This document shows, in pieces, positions 38,742 to 52,260 of a stretch of DNA of 64,000 nt. Source of the DNA: Adineta vaga (taxonomy: Eukaryota > Animalia > Rotifera); the NCBI GenBank assembly GCA_021613535.1, contig CP075495.1:13950001-14014000 (forward strand). The letters are read 5' to 3'. The translations under genes were made by a program, and so were the position numbers. How positions within the stretch are numbered: the first letter of the stretch is position 1; each line of letters begins with the position of its first letter. Under the pieces are notes generated by a model that saw nothing but the letters and a program-made list of their open reading frames with translations, searched no databases and was not told where the DNA came from.

Positions 38742-41700
38742 ATGGATCTCGAACTACGTTGTCCATCATGTAAAGAATATTATCGTTCACCTGTTTATTT
38801 ACCTTGTACACATTCGTTATGTTATACATGTGCATTAACTTCAATTCAAACAACAAATGAACATCATCCCAATCATTCGACACTTGATATTTCATCGACA
38901 TCATTTGCATCTGATCTTGATAAACTTTCATTTACTAGTGACAATGATTCAGGCGTTCTTCTAAATCGTCATTCACCTTCTTCGTCTTCATCATCATCAT
39001 CATCTTCATCTTCATCATCCATATCATCTTCCAGTCGTCCATCAAGTTTATTATTACCACCTGCACTACCTGAAATATCCTCGTCATTTCTTTCCACAAC
39101 ACCGACTCGTCATCAACCTAATAAAACATATTCGACTTGTTTACAATGTCCTGTATGTTCAAAAACAATTTTTATGGATACAACAGGTGTGCGAAGTTTA
39201 CCTAAAAATCATCTGCTCGCTGATATTGTCAATCGTTATCAAGGAGAAAAATCATCTGAACAAAAACAACAACAACATCAACAGCAAGCACCAAAGTGTC
39301 AATTATGTCGGCCTTCAGAAGAACGATGCATCACACGTATCTGCGAACAATGCAGAATTGGCTATTGCGATCAATGTCGAGAGCAATATCATCCAATGCG
39401 TGGCCCGTATTCGAAACATAATTTCCTTGATGCATTACAACATTGTTTAAATACATCGAATGAAAAAACTTTTTGTAGTGAACATTCAAATCGTTTAGCA
39501 ACATTTTATTGCCTACATTGTCGATTGGAATGTTGTCAACAGTGTTCGACTCATTTGAATCATGAAATTATACCGATTCAACAAGCAGCTAAACTATATA
39601 AGGTAAATTGAAAACTCACTGATTGCATGTTAAAAAAGGAAGTTGTTCGCTCTTTCTTCTCCATCATCTTCTTCTTCTTCTTCTTTTTTTTTAATCAACT
39701 CTCGTCTGTCTGTCCAGTTTAGTTCACTAGTCCAGACAAAACGCTTATCACGCACATACGTACGGTCAAGATCACATCCGTCTTCTTTCTTTCTCGTGAG
39801 AATGGTCAGTGAGCCCTAAGGCGTCCTTCTCGCGTTTTTTTCACTATCAAAAAAAAACGCGAGAAGAATCAAATTCGAACGCTGAACATATTTCCGATCC
39901 TCACGAGACAAAGACAAAAAACAGGAAATGTGCTGACTAATGTCTTTTGCTTTCTCTAATATTTCAAATAGTTGAACATGTTGCCTCTTTTTTCCCATTC
40001 GCATCTCTTATATACTTGAGCGCATCTGTTGTCACTCGAGCGCGAAGACACAAGAAAAAAAATTTGTTTCAACTGATGACCCTGAGAAAGATGGAGGCGT
40101 CGGTCGAAGTGCTCACGCGTGCGCATGTCATAAAGATCAATCGTATATCTCATCAAATCAATATTCAATCATAACAATTCATCTCATTGTTTTTACATTT
40201 TTCAACTGATGATAAATGATAACATAGCATATTTTGTTTTCGAAAGTTAACGAAGCAAAAATAAATCTTTGACATCATATCATTTTCTTTATTTCTAAAC
40301 TTCCTTGGGGACTTTTTCTTTTAGTCTAAATAGTCTTTGAACTTTTCACCTGTTACATAACTCGACCATCATGAAAGACATTTTATTCAGTTTTTGTTTC
40401 CTCTGGGGTATGCGTGCATGTGAGTAGTCATCTAATCTGACCATTGTCCCAAGCCTATGATCATCATCATCATCATCATCCTCATCTCCTCTCTTTTCAC
40501 ATTTTTTCCATTATTAATGAAGAAGGAAAACGGAAAAAGAAAAAAAAAGTTTTCTTCTCGTTTTTTCAATTAGTGATGCAAACAATGAACGAGAAAGAGA
40601 AAAAACCTCCGTCCGGATGACCATTCTCGCTAAAAAAGCGGCAAGATTCTGTTTGATGACCGTAGAGATATATTGTGTACTATCTAAACTATTATTGTTC
40701 TAGCACGAGGTGAAGTGTCATTGGGCGTTTTTTTTCTTTTTCTCGTTTATTATAATACAAACTTGGAGATTCTTGTTCCGCTTGTCTTCCCAAGAAACAT
40801 TACTATGTAAATTGGAAAAAGTATGATGATGCAATCAACGGAAATGTATGTGTATGCATAAATCACTTTCTTTCATTCTCTTTCTGTTTCGGATCTTTTT
40901 TTTAATGTTATTCAGTGACACCTTCGGTTTTTGTTATTTCTCTTTGTCCAATGATCAATCATTTTTCTTTTTTTTTTATTATATGATTAATAAGAAAATT
41001 TTTTAATGTCTAGACTCAATTGTCATCACAACTACAATCTTTATCGGAAAAAGCCAAATATGGTGCCGAATTCCTCGCCAAATTGAAGCAATATCCAGAC
41101 TATATCAAGGTAATTTACTTTCTGATAAGATTCGATCATTCTTCTTCTTGTTCGAATGAAAGAAAGAAGAAAATGAGAGTCGAAGACAGCTAGCAGGAGG
41201 TTAACATAGATAGAGATAATCAAGGCAGATGGTCAATCGTCTAGTCATTTGTTAGTGAAGGTCAATGTGCGATTGAGAATATTTATTTTATCATTCGATT
41301 AAATAAATTATTCCAACTGAGAAACATTCTTTCTATTGACTGATCTATTTCAATCACCTGGCATTGCTCTTATACTAATAGACTAATCCAAACAGATTCA
41401 TTTTTCTTTTATTTCTTCTGTTGAGTATGATCGTAGCTAATGAGTATTAGTCGTATGCTTCATTAGATCCATCATTCAAACAAAATAACCTTGTTAAAAG
41501 AATCTTTCTTTCTCTTTCTCCAGAGATGCGCATGTCGGATGTGAATACATGCAAGGATAAGAAAACGAAAGCAACGTAACAATTTCTCTTGATAAAATCA
41601 TCTCAATGATGAAGACATGATTGAATGAATAAATAAAACTGATTCTCACGAGAACAATTTGCCTATCTTTCATTTAGAAAAATGGAGAAATATTCGAAAA

Positions 41701-43972
41701 AAATCTTATCAAAGATATTGATAATCTTATTCATACGCTTGAAAATAAAAAACAAGAATTAGTAACTTTTATTCATGAAGAAATTGATCGAAAAATTTCA
41801 TTAATTCATCAACAATATTCAACCTATAATGCACATATTCAACAAACAACAGGTTTCCTTCAATTTTCAATTGAAGCGCTCAAAGAGTCAGATCCATATG
41901 CTTATCTTCAAGTATGTTATTTCTCTTTCATTTTTCTTCACATTCATTTGATTCCTTTTGTTAGGTATGTCATGGTTTTAATAGTAAATGCTCATCAATT
42001 TATGAACAATTTTCTGATGAATATGAATGTAAACCTCATACATCCTATGAATTTGATTTTACATTCAATACGGAATGTCTTCTACGAGAAATTCATCGTC
42101 TACAATTTCAACAAATCAAACGTAAGACAATTGTCTATATAATCGATAAACAAATCTGTCGAAATACTGTTGTCTAATCGATCTCGATTTGATAAAAAGA
42201 ATTTTCTTGATTGAGTTTCTGTTCTATACAAAGAAACAATTAGCATGTTCGAGCAATATTTATTCAGACACAAGGCATCTTTATATAGAATTACACCAGA
42301 CATATCTTTGGCGGAATATTAATGTTCACATAACAACCTTTTTAGACTTTTCTGTTTTGATCAACAAAGAAGTTTTGATAAACTAGACAATAGATAAACA
42401 GAGAATATAGAAGAAGAAGAAAATTGCGAAGAGATACATATGTGAATAGTCTCATCCTTGATGATATAAATATTATAACTTCCAGAGATTGTTTATTGAA
42501 GAAATTTTTCTCTCATGTCGATGAGTTTAGAATTGAGAATGATGATAATAATCTCTTCTTCCTATTACATATGTCTTCTATTATCAATCTGATCAGGAAC
42601 GACCTTGAGGTTTTTCCTTCTTCGTCTTTGTTTTTTGAATAAATATGACAAAAAAAAGCGAATCAAAAGTGATTTTATCATTTTACGGAAATAGTCTCTT
42701 TTTTTTGTGCTTCGCTCTGTGTGACGTGAAGAGATTTCTCAGCATAACAGCCGTGTACGGATTTCCTTTCATGCCTCTCAAGGTTTTTCTATCCCCCCTA
42801 GGAAGACAAGAGAAGAGAGTTCGATTAACAATAAATGAACAATGCTTTTCGAGATATGTCTTAATCGAATGAACTAATATTGATGTTGTATTACGTAAAT
42901 TGATGTACTTCATTTATGCCTTTCCTTCATCCTTTTTTAGCACCCTTATCTCCTCGATTTCTTGCCGAACAATGTCTATGTCATGATGAACAATCGGGTA
43001 CAATTTCAGGCACACTTGCCTGGTCGATGCGTGATCTTGGAGCTATTCAAGGCTTTATTCTTGAATTAGATGATGGAACAATCGGTTCAGATTTTCGAGT
43101 AAAGAAGAAAGAATAACATTTTTATAAGATTAATGTTTCCTTTCTTTATTCTATCTAATAGGAAGTATATGATGGTACTGAAACAATGTGTGCAGTTGAT
43201 GGTCTTCTTCCATCGCATGTCTATACAGCGCGGGTAAAAGCTTACAATCAAGCAGGTGAAAGTGCCTATAGCGAATGTATAACGCTTCATTCATCCTCCG
43301 GTATATAAACAAATCAAACAGGATATTCATTCTCTCTTTTTCTCTTGTTTTTGTTTTCTCTAGTTTATTGGTTTACATTTAATCCACGAACAGCACATCC
43401 GGATATACAATTTTTATCCAATCCATCAACAGATAATCATTATAATTTAGATTCAATCACATGTCTCAGTTCACAAGAACGTGTTGCACTTGGTTCGCGA
43501 GGCTTCCGTCATGGTATACATTATTGGGAAATTACCATTCAACGTTATGATGACAAACCTGATCCAGCATTTGGTGTGGCACGCTTTGACGTACCTAAAG
43601 AGCATATGCTTGGTAAGATTTCTCGATTCTTCCTCTTCTTTTTTAATGATTTCTTCTTTTGTTTCTGTAGGAAAAGATTCGAAATCATGGTGTATGTATA
43701 TTGATTCTCAACGTTCATGGTTTATGCATAATGGTCAGCATACAAATCGAATAAATGGTGGAATATCAGTTGGTTCAGTCATTGGAGTTTTATTAGATTT
43801 AAATAATGGAACATTAACTTTTTATATCAATGATGAAATTCATGGTCCCATTGCTTTCTCAAATTTAACTCAAGGTGGTGTTTATTATCCAGCTGTTAGT
43901 TTAAATAAAAATGTACAATTGACACTTGTCTCAGGTCTTGATCCTCCTATTCGAAGACATCAAGAATTGTAA
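38742..43972 (+). CDS. TRIM9: TRIM9/TRIM67-like E3 ligase (RING-2xB-box-coiled coil/COS-FN3-SPRY), ~8 exons
   Basis: RING CPSC..PCTHSLC..C split by a Ser-rich insert before CPVC; B-boxes; FN3 (FILELDDG..FREVYDGTETMCAVDGL..ARVKAYN); SPRY (GIHYWE, PDPAFGVAR, GKDSKSWCMYID, YYPAVSLN). Confidence 0.9.
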
Positions 43973-46621
43973 TTACATATCGACTGTCTTTTCTTTTTTT
44001 TTCATTGTTTCGTCTTGTTGTCGGGTCTTTTCTTTTTCGTGTCTGTTTTCTGTCGAAGTAAATTTGTATACAGATGATGACAATAACAACAACAACAAAA
44101 GAGAAAACGAAATAAATTAAATTATTATGAATTGAAAATTGAATTACATTTCTATTGTTTCATTTTCTTGTCAATATGAGATGACTTTTTCATCTTTTCG
44201 AGACTTTGATTGATCATCGAAAGAAAAGAATAAAGGTGTCTTTTAATGGATATTCATACTCATTCTCTATTTGAACTGATTTTATGACGTTGGTTAATTT
44301 TTATGAGCTATTATGTACAGTAGTCGTGTGTTTGTCTACACTTCTTTCTTCTTTCTCATTGATTGATAACAATAGTTGTTAGTCATTTTTGACCTATACA
44401 AACACATATTTCTGTCACGCATTCGACACGGATGAAAAAAGAAACGACTTTACATCGATCGGGTCAACCATGAAACGCCCCGTTTGAAGACAAGAAACGA
44501 TGATGATGATGATGATGTATGACCATTCGATTGCACTCTCTAGCGGTCAGTTGACTAGTCGGCAATATTTAAATATAATAAAAGAAGTCCGAAAATGCAT
44601 TCTAAACTACTCAGTATCTACTTGAAAGAATGTGACATCAAATATTGACATGTAACTTATCGAGATATATATATAGTTTCTAATGTCTACCAGTACTTTT
44701 CTATTCTCATCGATGAGAATTAGTTGCATCATTTAACCATGTCTCATGTGTTATCGATTGTATAAATAAGATAAAACTGGAATGTAATCGAAAAAACTAA
44801 AATAAATTGATTTTTATCATGACATGTCAATTTTCATTGATTGTAATGAATGAATATGTATATAGATATCATTCTTTTTTGTTCATTGATTACTTAGATT
44901 AAGAAAAAAAAAAGAAGAAGAAGCAGCAGCAGCAGAAAGAACCTTGACTTTTCTCATCACTATCGAAGTTCATGAGGGTGTGTCCGGAACTAAAGGAACA
45001 ATCAAATTGCTGTCAACGTCAAGTTCAGTTCAATTTGTCACACGATAAATTCAATGAGGTTATTTTCTAATCACTACTCTGTAAACTGATCATCATCATC
45101 ATCATCATGAATATCTCAATGTGTTCATCTATAACTAACTATACATCCTAATCATTGATTGAATGGGTTGTGCATATGGATAATGACTGACAGCGCGTGA
45201 CCTTAACTGTGCACACGTCTAACGTCAAAAACAATCGTTGTATTAGAATTGCCTGTTTCGATTTCCCACGAGTACAATAAATAAATGCTCAATAGTAACA
45301 CGTGTGCTAACATTAGCAAGAAGAGTAAATGATGACAGATCCACTCCAATCAACTGTTGACTACTCTAGTGACATATTGATCAAGGACAAAGAGAACGCG
45401 AGAGAAAAATTCAAGTATCTGTCAAGCAAATGGTGCTACTTATTTATCATTAGTTTCTTCTATTCAATTTAGTTGATGAAAAGAAGAAAACATTTCAAGG
45501 AAAAATCTAAGAGATTTAAATGTGAACAAATTCATCTATGTTCATCATCTCCTTCATATCATCAGTAACAAACGTAGCTCGAAGGCAAAAATCGATCGAT
45601 TTTATATTCCTATAAAATGTCATTGATTCATTTTCTTTTTTGTTTTGTGCCCGTATGAAATAAAAACAGAAATCAAAGTATTAACATGTGATGTCGAATG
45701 AAAACTGGACAATGCAACATAGACGTCATTATTCAAATCGAGTAAAAAACTAATCCGAAGAACAATTTTTTTTTCTCAATTGATTTCATTTTTCAATCTG
45801 ATTGTTTAGTCGGCAACTTGGTTTGCTGATCGTCTCGAAGCAATTGATTTATCACTCGGTAGTCTTTTGATATTATCTAATGCTTGTCAATGTCAACGTC
45901 TGATGTTAATTGAATCAAAAGCGATTTCTAATCGAAAGATTTTATCAAAAACATCTTCATCTTATGCTTTGTTTGTTATTCTATTAGATCAATGTCAAAG
46001 TTTTACATATTTATCTAGAGAAGCAGATTATTTCTATGAATATTAAACGAAAACTATCATTACAAAAATTGATGATTTGTTAAGAAAATTAATACCATAT
46101 AAATCATTTTGTTCTATGAGAAATACGTTAACGAATCATGAAACAGTTTAAACCTTTATGCACTTGGTTTTTAGCATGTACTGAAAATGTATTAAAAGAA
46201 TATTTTCTTATCAATAATTATCAGATACGATATGAATTAATTGAACATGTCATACGTAGTTTTATATTTATCTCACGTTGTGAACAGAATGAAAGTTTTT
46301 ATATTTGCTTTCAGAATCAATTCATGATGAACGAGAAAGTTCGCTACAATGGCATTGGACAACAAGAAAATTTTCCAAGTAAATTTTTTCCAAGTAAAGT
46401 CATGCCTTAAATGGACCGATTCTCGCCCGTGCAAGATATGTAATTTTTATCTTGACAAAGAAATCCTCATGTTCCATTTTTCCATTTCTTGAATTAACCA
46501 TTGCAACATGGTTCGAAAAATCTATTATCACAATTTGTGTGGAAAATGTTTGGAACAATATGCGATCGACACTTCGTGCTTTACTTCGTAAAAACAACAT
46601 TCACATTCTATTTTTCTAAAG
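43728..46621 (+). repeat. Direct segmental duplication, left copy (TRIM9 last-exon 3' part, intergenic, deleted TIR-gene 5' part)
   Basis: Matches 58698-62069; near-identical over the first ~1.9 kb. Confidence 0.97.
45688..46621 (+). pseudogene. Degenerate partial copy of the TIR-SAM gene
   Basis: Homologous to 60706-62069 with several internal deletions, first ATG changed to GTG, CAA>TAA at 46044, 3' truncated. Confidence 0.92.
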
Positions 46622-46816
46622 TATAGGAAAAGAGCTTCTATCTATATTAAACATGGTTTAAAGTAAATTATTTTTTGAAATAGTCATCTGTGAATAAATC
46701 AACACCGCTCATAGGAAGAAAGATTTTGATGAGTCAATGAGTATGTTACAAATTTTATTTAGAAATAGAATAACAGAAATAAGAAATCGATTAATAATAC
46801 ACATTATATTTAGTTT

Positions 46817-49800
46817 TTAAAATGGATATTTATTCACAACATTTAAATTGATTGTGGAAACTAAATATTCTTTCCATTCATGTTGATGTTTAATCAAATG
46901 TTCAGAGAGATTTGGATATTTTCTATTGATCCCATCTGACAGACAAAGTAACCGTGAATATCTATTAACGAATGATGGTCGTTTTTCATCATCAAGAAAT
47001 TCCGGAATGACTTGTTGATTTCTCGAATCTAATTTTGTCAATATCATTTGAAATAATTGAATATCTTCCATTTTAGTTTGTGTTATAAATGCAAATAGAA
47101 TTAATAAATATTCTAAATGTTCATTGGACATGCTTGATGAAAGATAGGAATATTTAATTCAAAACAACGAAGATAGATTTATCTTGTTTGAACTTTATTA
47201 ATCATTTCAGAATTATAGTTTGATAAATCTGTATTTGTTGTTACTTCAACTCATCGTGATAAGTTCTTTGTTAGTATTTGTAAAAAACATTCTATTGGAA
47301 GTTTCAATAGATCAACACCATCTCGTAATCATATATAAAATTGTGTTAATTGTCGCGAAATATCTTTATATGCATGACTTCCTGTTCTCTTACAAAGAAG
47401 ATAGATCCGAATAGCAAGTGTACACAGCAGAAACAAAATGTACGGAACATTTGCAAAATTTGAAATACACTTTGTTTTACACGTTGTTAACGAAAACAGC
47501 GTGTACACGCTACACTTTGCTGACAAAACTTACATTTTGTTTTTAATCGACAAATCAGTTTATATTTAGCTCATTTTGTTGTTCTCGTCAGATATGCGTA
47601 TTAATGAATGATAAAATACTATAGAGGTAATTTTTCTTGATCAATTTTACAAATGACCCGATGATTTTTTTCTTTTTACTCTATCTACGGATACAAATAA
47701 TCTGTGTTGTAATCTCTTTTAATGGTACACGAAGTGAACACGAATGAATTAATGTTGTAATTCATTTGTAATAAATTGAAACCGAACGTTTCTTTATTTT
47801 TCTAGATAAAATATTTTAATTCAGTTTGTACACTTTGTGCAAGTTGCTTTTGAAAACAAAGTGTGCGTACACATTTTGTTGCATAAAATAAACTGTACAA
47901 AAACATTTTGTTTTTGATTTCCATTCGGAACCCTGGTTACGATTTTCATTGGATTTTTCAATTCTGCTAATAATTCATTCGAATCGACGGTCAGATCTTC
48001 TTTTGTTTCAAGAAGTTTGATTAAGTTTTCCTAAAAGAAGAAAGGAAATGTTTCTGATTTGAAAAGGTTCAATTTGAAAGAATCATAAACGACGTTTGTA
48101 TTGTTCATTAAGACACATTAATTGTCTTGCATGATTCGTACGTATTTGTTTAATAAAATCTTTTTGACAACGATATTCGATAAGACGAAGCCAAAATTCA
48201 TTCTCTAATTTATTTAGACTTAAACCCATATTAATCGAACGATCGTTGAACAAAAGATTTCTCCATTCTAAATTCAATGAAATTAATTTGATAAATTTGC
48301 CATTTTCGAAAAACTTACGTAGGCGATCGATTTGATGATAGTTAAGAATCAAACGAAATGATGAATTAATAAAGATTTCTTGATCATCAAAACGATAAAG
48401 ATTTGGAAATGTCGAAGAATATTGATCATGTCGAGAAAACCAATGTAAAAATCGATAAATAAATGGATTTAAATCTAATAGATCCCATTTATTTACAATC
48501 ACAATATTACTAAAGAACATTATAGTTAATAAATCTTTATCAAAATCATCCGATTGTTTTCCAGATAGATGAATAATATTATTTATTGGTCTTTCATATT
48601 CTTCAAGAGAAAATTCTGGTATATTTATTGAATATTTCTTTTGTTCGAAATCATTTAATGAAACTTTTCCAACTGGTTTTGATAAACATGTTCCTGTTCC
48701 TGGTCTTGAAGCAACACTTGATGATTCCCAAACCGATGATTTCTCAGTGACTTCAGTTATATTTGTTTTACTTGAACTAATACGTTGATAAGTTTTTAAT
48801 TGATCTTGAGTTGTTGTCATTCGACTACTTGTTCATGACGATAAACTTATTCTATTTTGTTTATATTCTAAATATAATAGAATTTCAAAACAAAAGAAAA
48901 TATTTAAATTTCAAAAGATCGCTTTTTGTTGTTATCGAACCATAATTAGCTATTTCTTCATTGAAATCAAGTAATAAATCATGCCATGGTAAAATATCAG
49001 TTTCAGGATTATTTACAAATAAAACAAATGTCGTATTTAATTGATTAGCTAAGATAACTGCATTTAATATGGAATTTTGATCATTGATTGATGTTGAATC
49101 ATATTTTAATAAATACTCATTTAATTCTATTAATGAAGAAAGAATTCTAAAACAAATCAAATTGAAATATTTCTTCTACCTTTTTCATTCATAATCATAT
49201 GAAGAAGATTAAAATCTGTACGAATTGGTAATAAAGTTTGTAAAATATCTTTTTGCCATTGTAATAAGCATTGTTGACGTTGATCAATATTAAATTGTGA
49301 TAAATAAGTAAAATAAAGTGCGATTTGAAGTGTATCTGTAATTGCTGTTTGTTGATTAAGTTTAGCTTGCTTAACTTCTTCTTGCCAATGATGAATATCA
49401 TTATCAATTAATTTTAACATTGCTCGTGTTTGTTCAATAACAGATCGAAGATGATTTAAACGTTTTACTTTCGATTGTAATTCAGCAAATTGTTCACGAC
49501 GTTTCGAAATAAAATCAGCTAATTCTTCTTTTAATTTTTCAGCATAAAGACGTTTTTCACCAAGAATTTTTTGACGCTAAAACAAACACATCATTCTCAA
49601 AGTCATAGAACGAATCTATATATACTTTATTGTAGAGTTTTTCATAAGCTTTTACTTGTTCTCGTAAAGATTTCTGTGCTCGTGCAACTTTTGCATATTC
49701 ATAAACAGCTAAAATCCATGCACACAGACTTGATGCTGCTTTTGATGCAGCAGCAACATAGGACGGAGTAAATGTATCAAAACTAACAATCTTTGTTAAC

Positions 49801-52260
49801 ATATCGAAGACTTCATCAGAAACATTATCTTTATCATAGAAGACTAAATCATCAAAGAAATCGTCTTTTGTTGTTAAAATTTTTGCTTCTGACCATCTGA
49901 AAATATTTTTCATGTATGAAAAAGAAATCTTTATTGAAAAGAAGAACATACTCAGGTTTTCGATCGAACATAATACAAATTGTATTCATGAGAGCAATAA
50001 CGGGTTGAGGTGGTTGTCGAAATGTACGAATTTCATCATAATCTGCTTTATTTAATAATCTTAATGCATTTAAAGCATTTTCATATTGAGGATTCGCATT
50101 TTCAACAGCTGCTTCAACATCTTTTTTCAAACGTTCTAATGCAATTTTCATTTCATTGATTAATTTTTCTTCTTCAAGACAATCTTCTACTGCCTATTAT
50201 TCAAATAAATTGAGAAGTTGAAGAAGAAAATTCGACAAGTTTTTGTGCCATTCAATATTTTTTCTTCTTTTGACCAATTTTCATATTCTTCAGCATAACA
50301 CGAAGATAATAAATCAGAATGTTGAAGATCTAGAAAACAATTTCGGGTGAAATCATGTAAACAAAATGATAAAAATTAACAAACGTTGATCATTTTCCAA
50401 GATAACTAAATGAAGTCTTCGTTGAATTCTTGCATAGAATGTTTTTAATACCGAATTTGTTTTTGTTGTTCGACGATTATTTGGTAAACCAGGTGATAAT
50501 GCTGCTGTAAGTCGAATAAGTTCTTCGTTCAAATAAAGTCCGGGATAATGTCCTTCACATATAAATAAATATAATTCTTCAATCATTTGTTTGGAGAGAA
50601 GATTCTCTCGTATAACTATAACAATATTCTTCTGTTTTAATCCAGCTAAAAGATAATTTGTACGAAAACATTGTTTTACTGATTCATTTTCGTTCATCAT
50701 TGGAGTATAACTATGTGCATCATAAAATGATTGTTGAGCAATAAAAGCAGCAAATCGAACAAGATTTGGACGGCCTAAACCATTTTGATTAGCTCGAAGT
50801 AAAGCATGTCCATGTTGTAATAAAGAAAAAACTCGAACAAGATTTGTTATATGTCGCATTGTACAAGGAAGAATTGTTAAATCCATATGAGTTAATTTAC
50901 CCATTTGAGATTGACATGAACGAAGTGCCGTACTCATTTGAGTATCATTTGATTCTTGATATTGACCTGTATATGGATCTTTGGTATTCGTAAATTCATT
51001 ATGAATTGAAAGAATGTATTTAGAAAAATATGTTGATTGAATCAATTTTTCGAAAATTTTCTTTTAAAAATTCAAAGATTTCTTCCAATGTTATAACACA
51101 TGCATGTGCTAATTCGAGCGGATGACTAATTGCATCAATAGAAAATTCTTCTAACCAATTTTTAATTGGAATTGAATAAATCGATGGAATTAATGTTGAA
51201 ATAGGTTGATGAATTAAAATTGGGACGAAATGTCGGGTAAAACGTACTGGATATGAATATAATGATTGACCTGTTACGACAATATTCAAACTTTGTTGTT
51301 TTGATGAAGAATATTCATCAATTAATGAACGAATTAAATCCATATTTTCACTTTTTACATCTTCAAACCAAAGAATATATTTTGTACTTTGAATAACTTT
51401 TCCATGAGTAAAAAGTGGTAGAGTATATTGAAATACTTCATCACGTAAGAAACATTTTGGTTCACCAGTTGAAATCGATCGAAGATGTGATAGATTTGTT
51501 AATAAATTTTTCATTAATGTTGCTTTACCACAACCTTGTTCATGACTATAAATTGCAATTGGATGATTATAGGTAATTAACATTGACACTAAATGCATTG
51601 CGCCTTGAAATTCTGATATACAATCATAGGTAATATCGTGTGTTTTTAACCAGAATTGAATTGGAATAAAACGTGCAGATGGTTATGTAGACATATCGGG
51701 ATATAGATCGGTTAATTTACAATCATTGGATGGAAACTGATAAGATTTCAGAAGATCTCGAACAAATGAATTGTTTTTTTGTTCATATCTAAATGAAATG
51801 AATGGAAAACGAAAGAAATTTGATGAATAATTTTACTTTGGATGAACATAAGACTAGATGAAACAATAAACGAAAACACAATTTTTTGCTTGATAATGAC
51901 TTTTAACATCAATCACAAGATGTTCAATAAATGCTGATAATTTTTATAAATAAACCAGTGAAATGGTTAATATATGAATCATGCATATGTTCAGTTTCAA
52001 GACATTCTATATAAGATTCAATAATACCATTAACAAATCCTTCGATTGATGATAATCTGAAAATAGAGATGATTGTAGACCAGTTTCTTTTTTGAAATTA
52101 TACGTACGTTCCATAACGAAAATGAAGTTTTAATTCAAGATTTTTTACTGCTGATTGTTCATGTATTCATTTCCCCAAAGAAAAGAAAATATCGTTCAAT
52201 CGATCTCGCAAATTACCAAATTGATATGGAATGGTTCATGTACACATAGTATCAAACGAT
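46817..52260 (-). pseudogene. Dynein heavy chain (divergent, DNHD1-like) pseudogene fragments: AAA3, AAA4, stalk/MTBD, AAA5 region
   Basis: GCGKATLM and GLGRPNLVRFAAFIA degenerate P-loops, GHYPGLY, RRLHLV; stalk DEIRTFRQPPQPV, WSEAK, YDKDNV, SKAASSLCAWILAVYEY; frameshifts, stops and missing segments. Confidence 0.85.
47400..47935. mobile_element. Probable non-autonomous DNA element inserted in the dynein pseudogene
   Basis: Interrupts dynein-like reading; repeated GTACAC / ACA(C/T)TTTG motifs on both strands; right end TTCGGAACCCTG with partial inverse TCCGAAT at the left end. Confidence 0.45.

Noticed and set aside
39816-42913. Short ORFs on both strands inside TRIM9
   Set aside because: Intronic or off-frame overlaps of real exons; no coding signature
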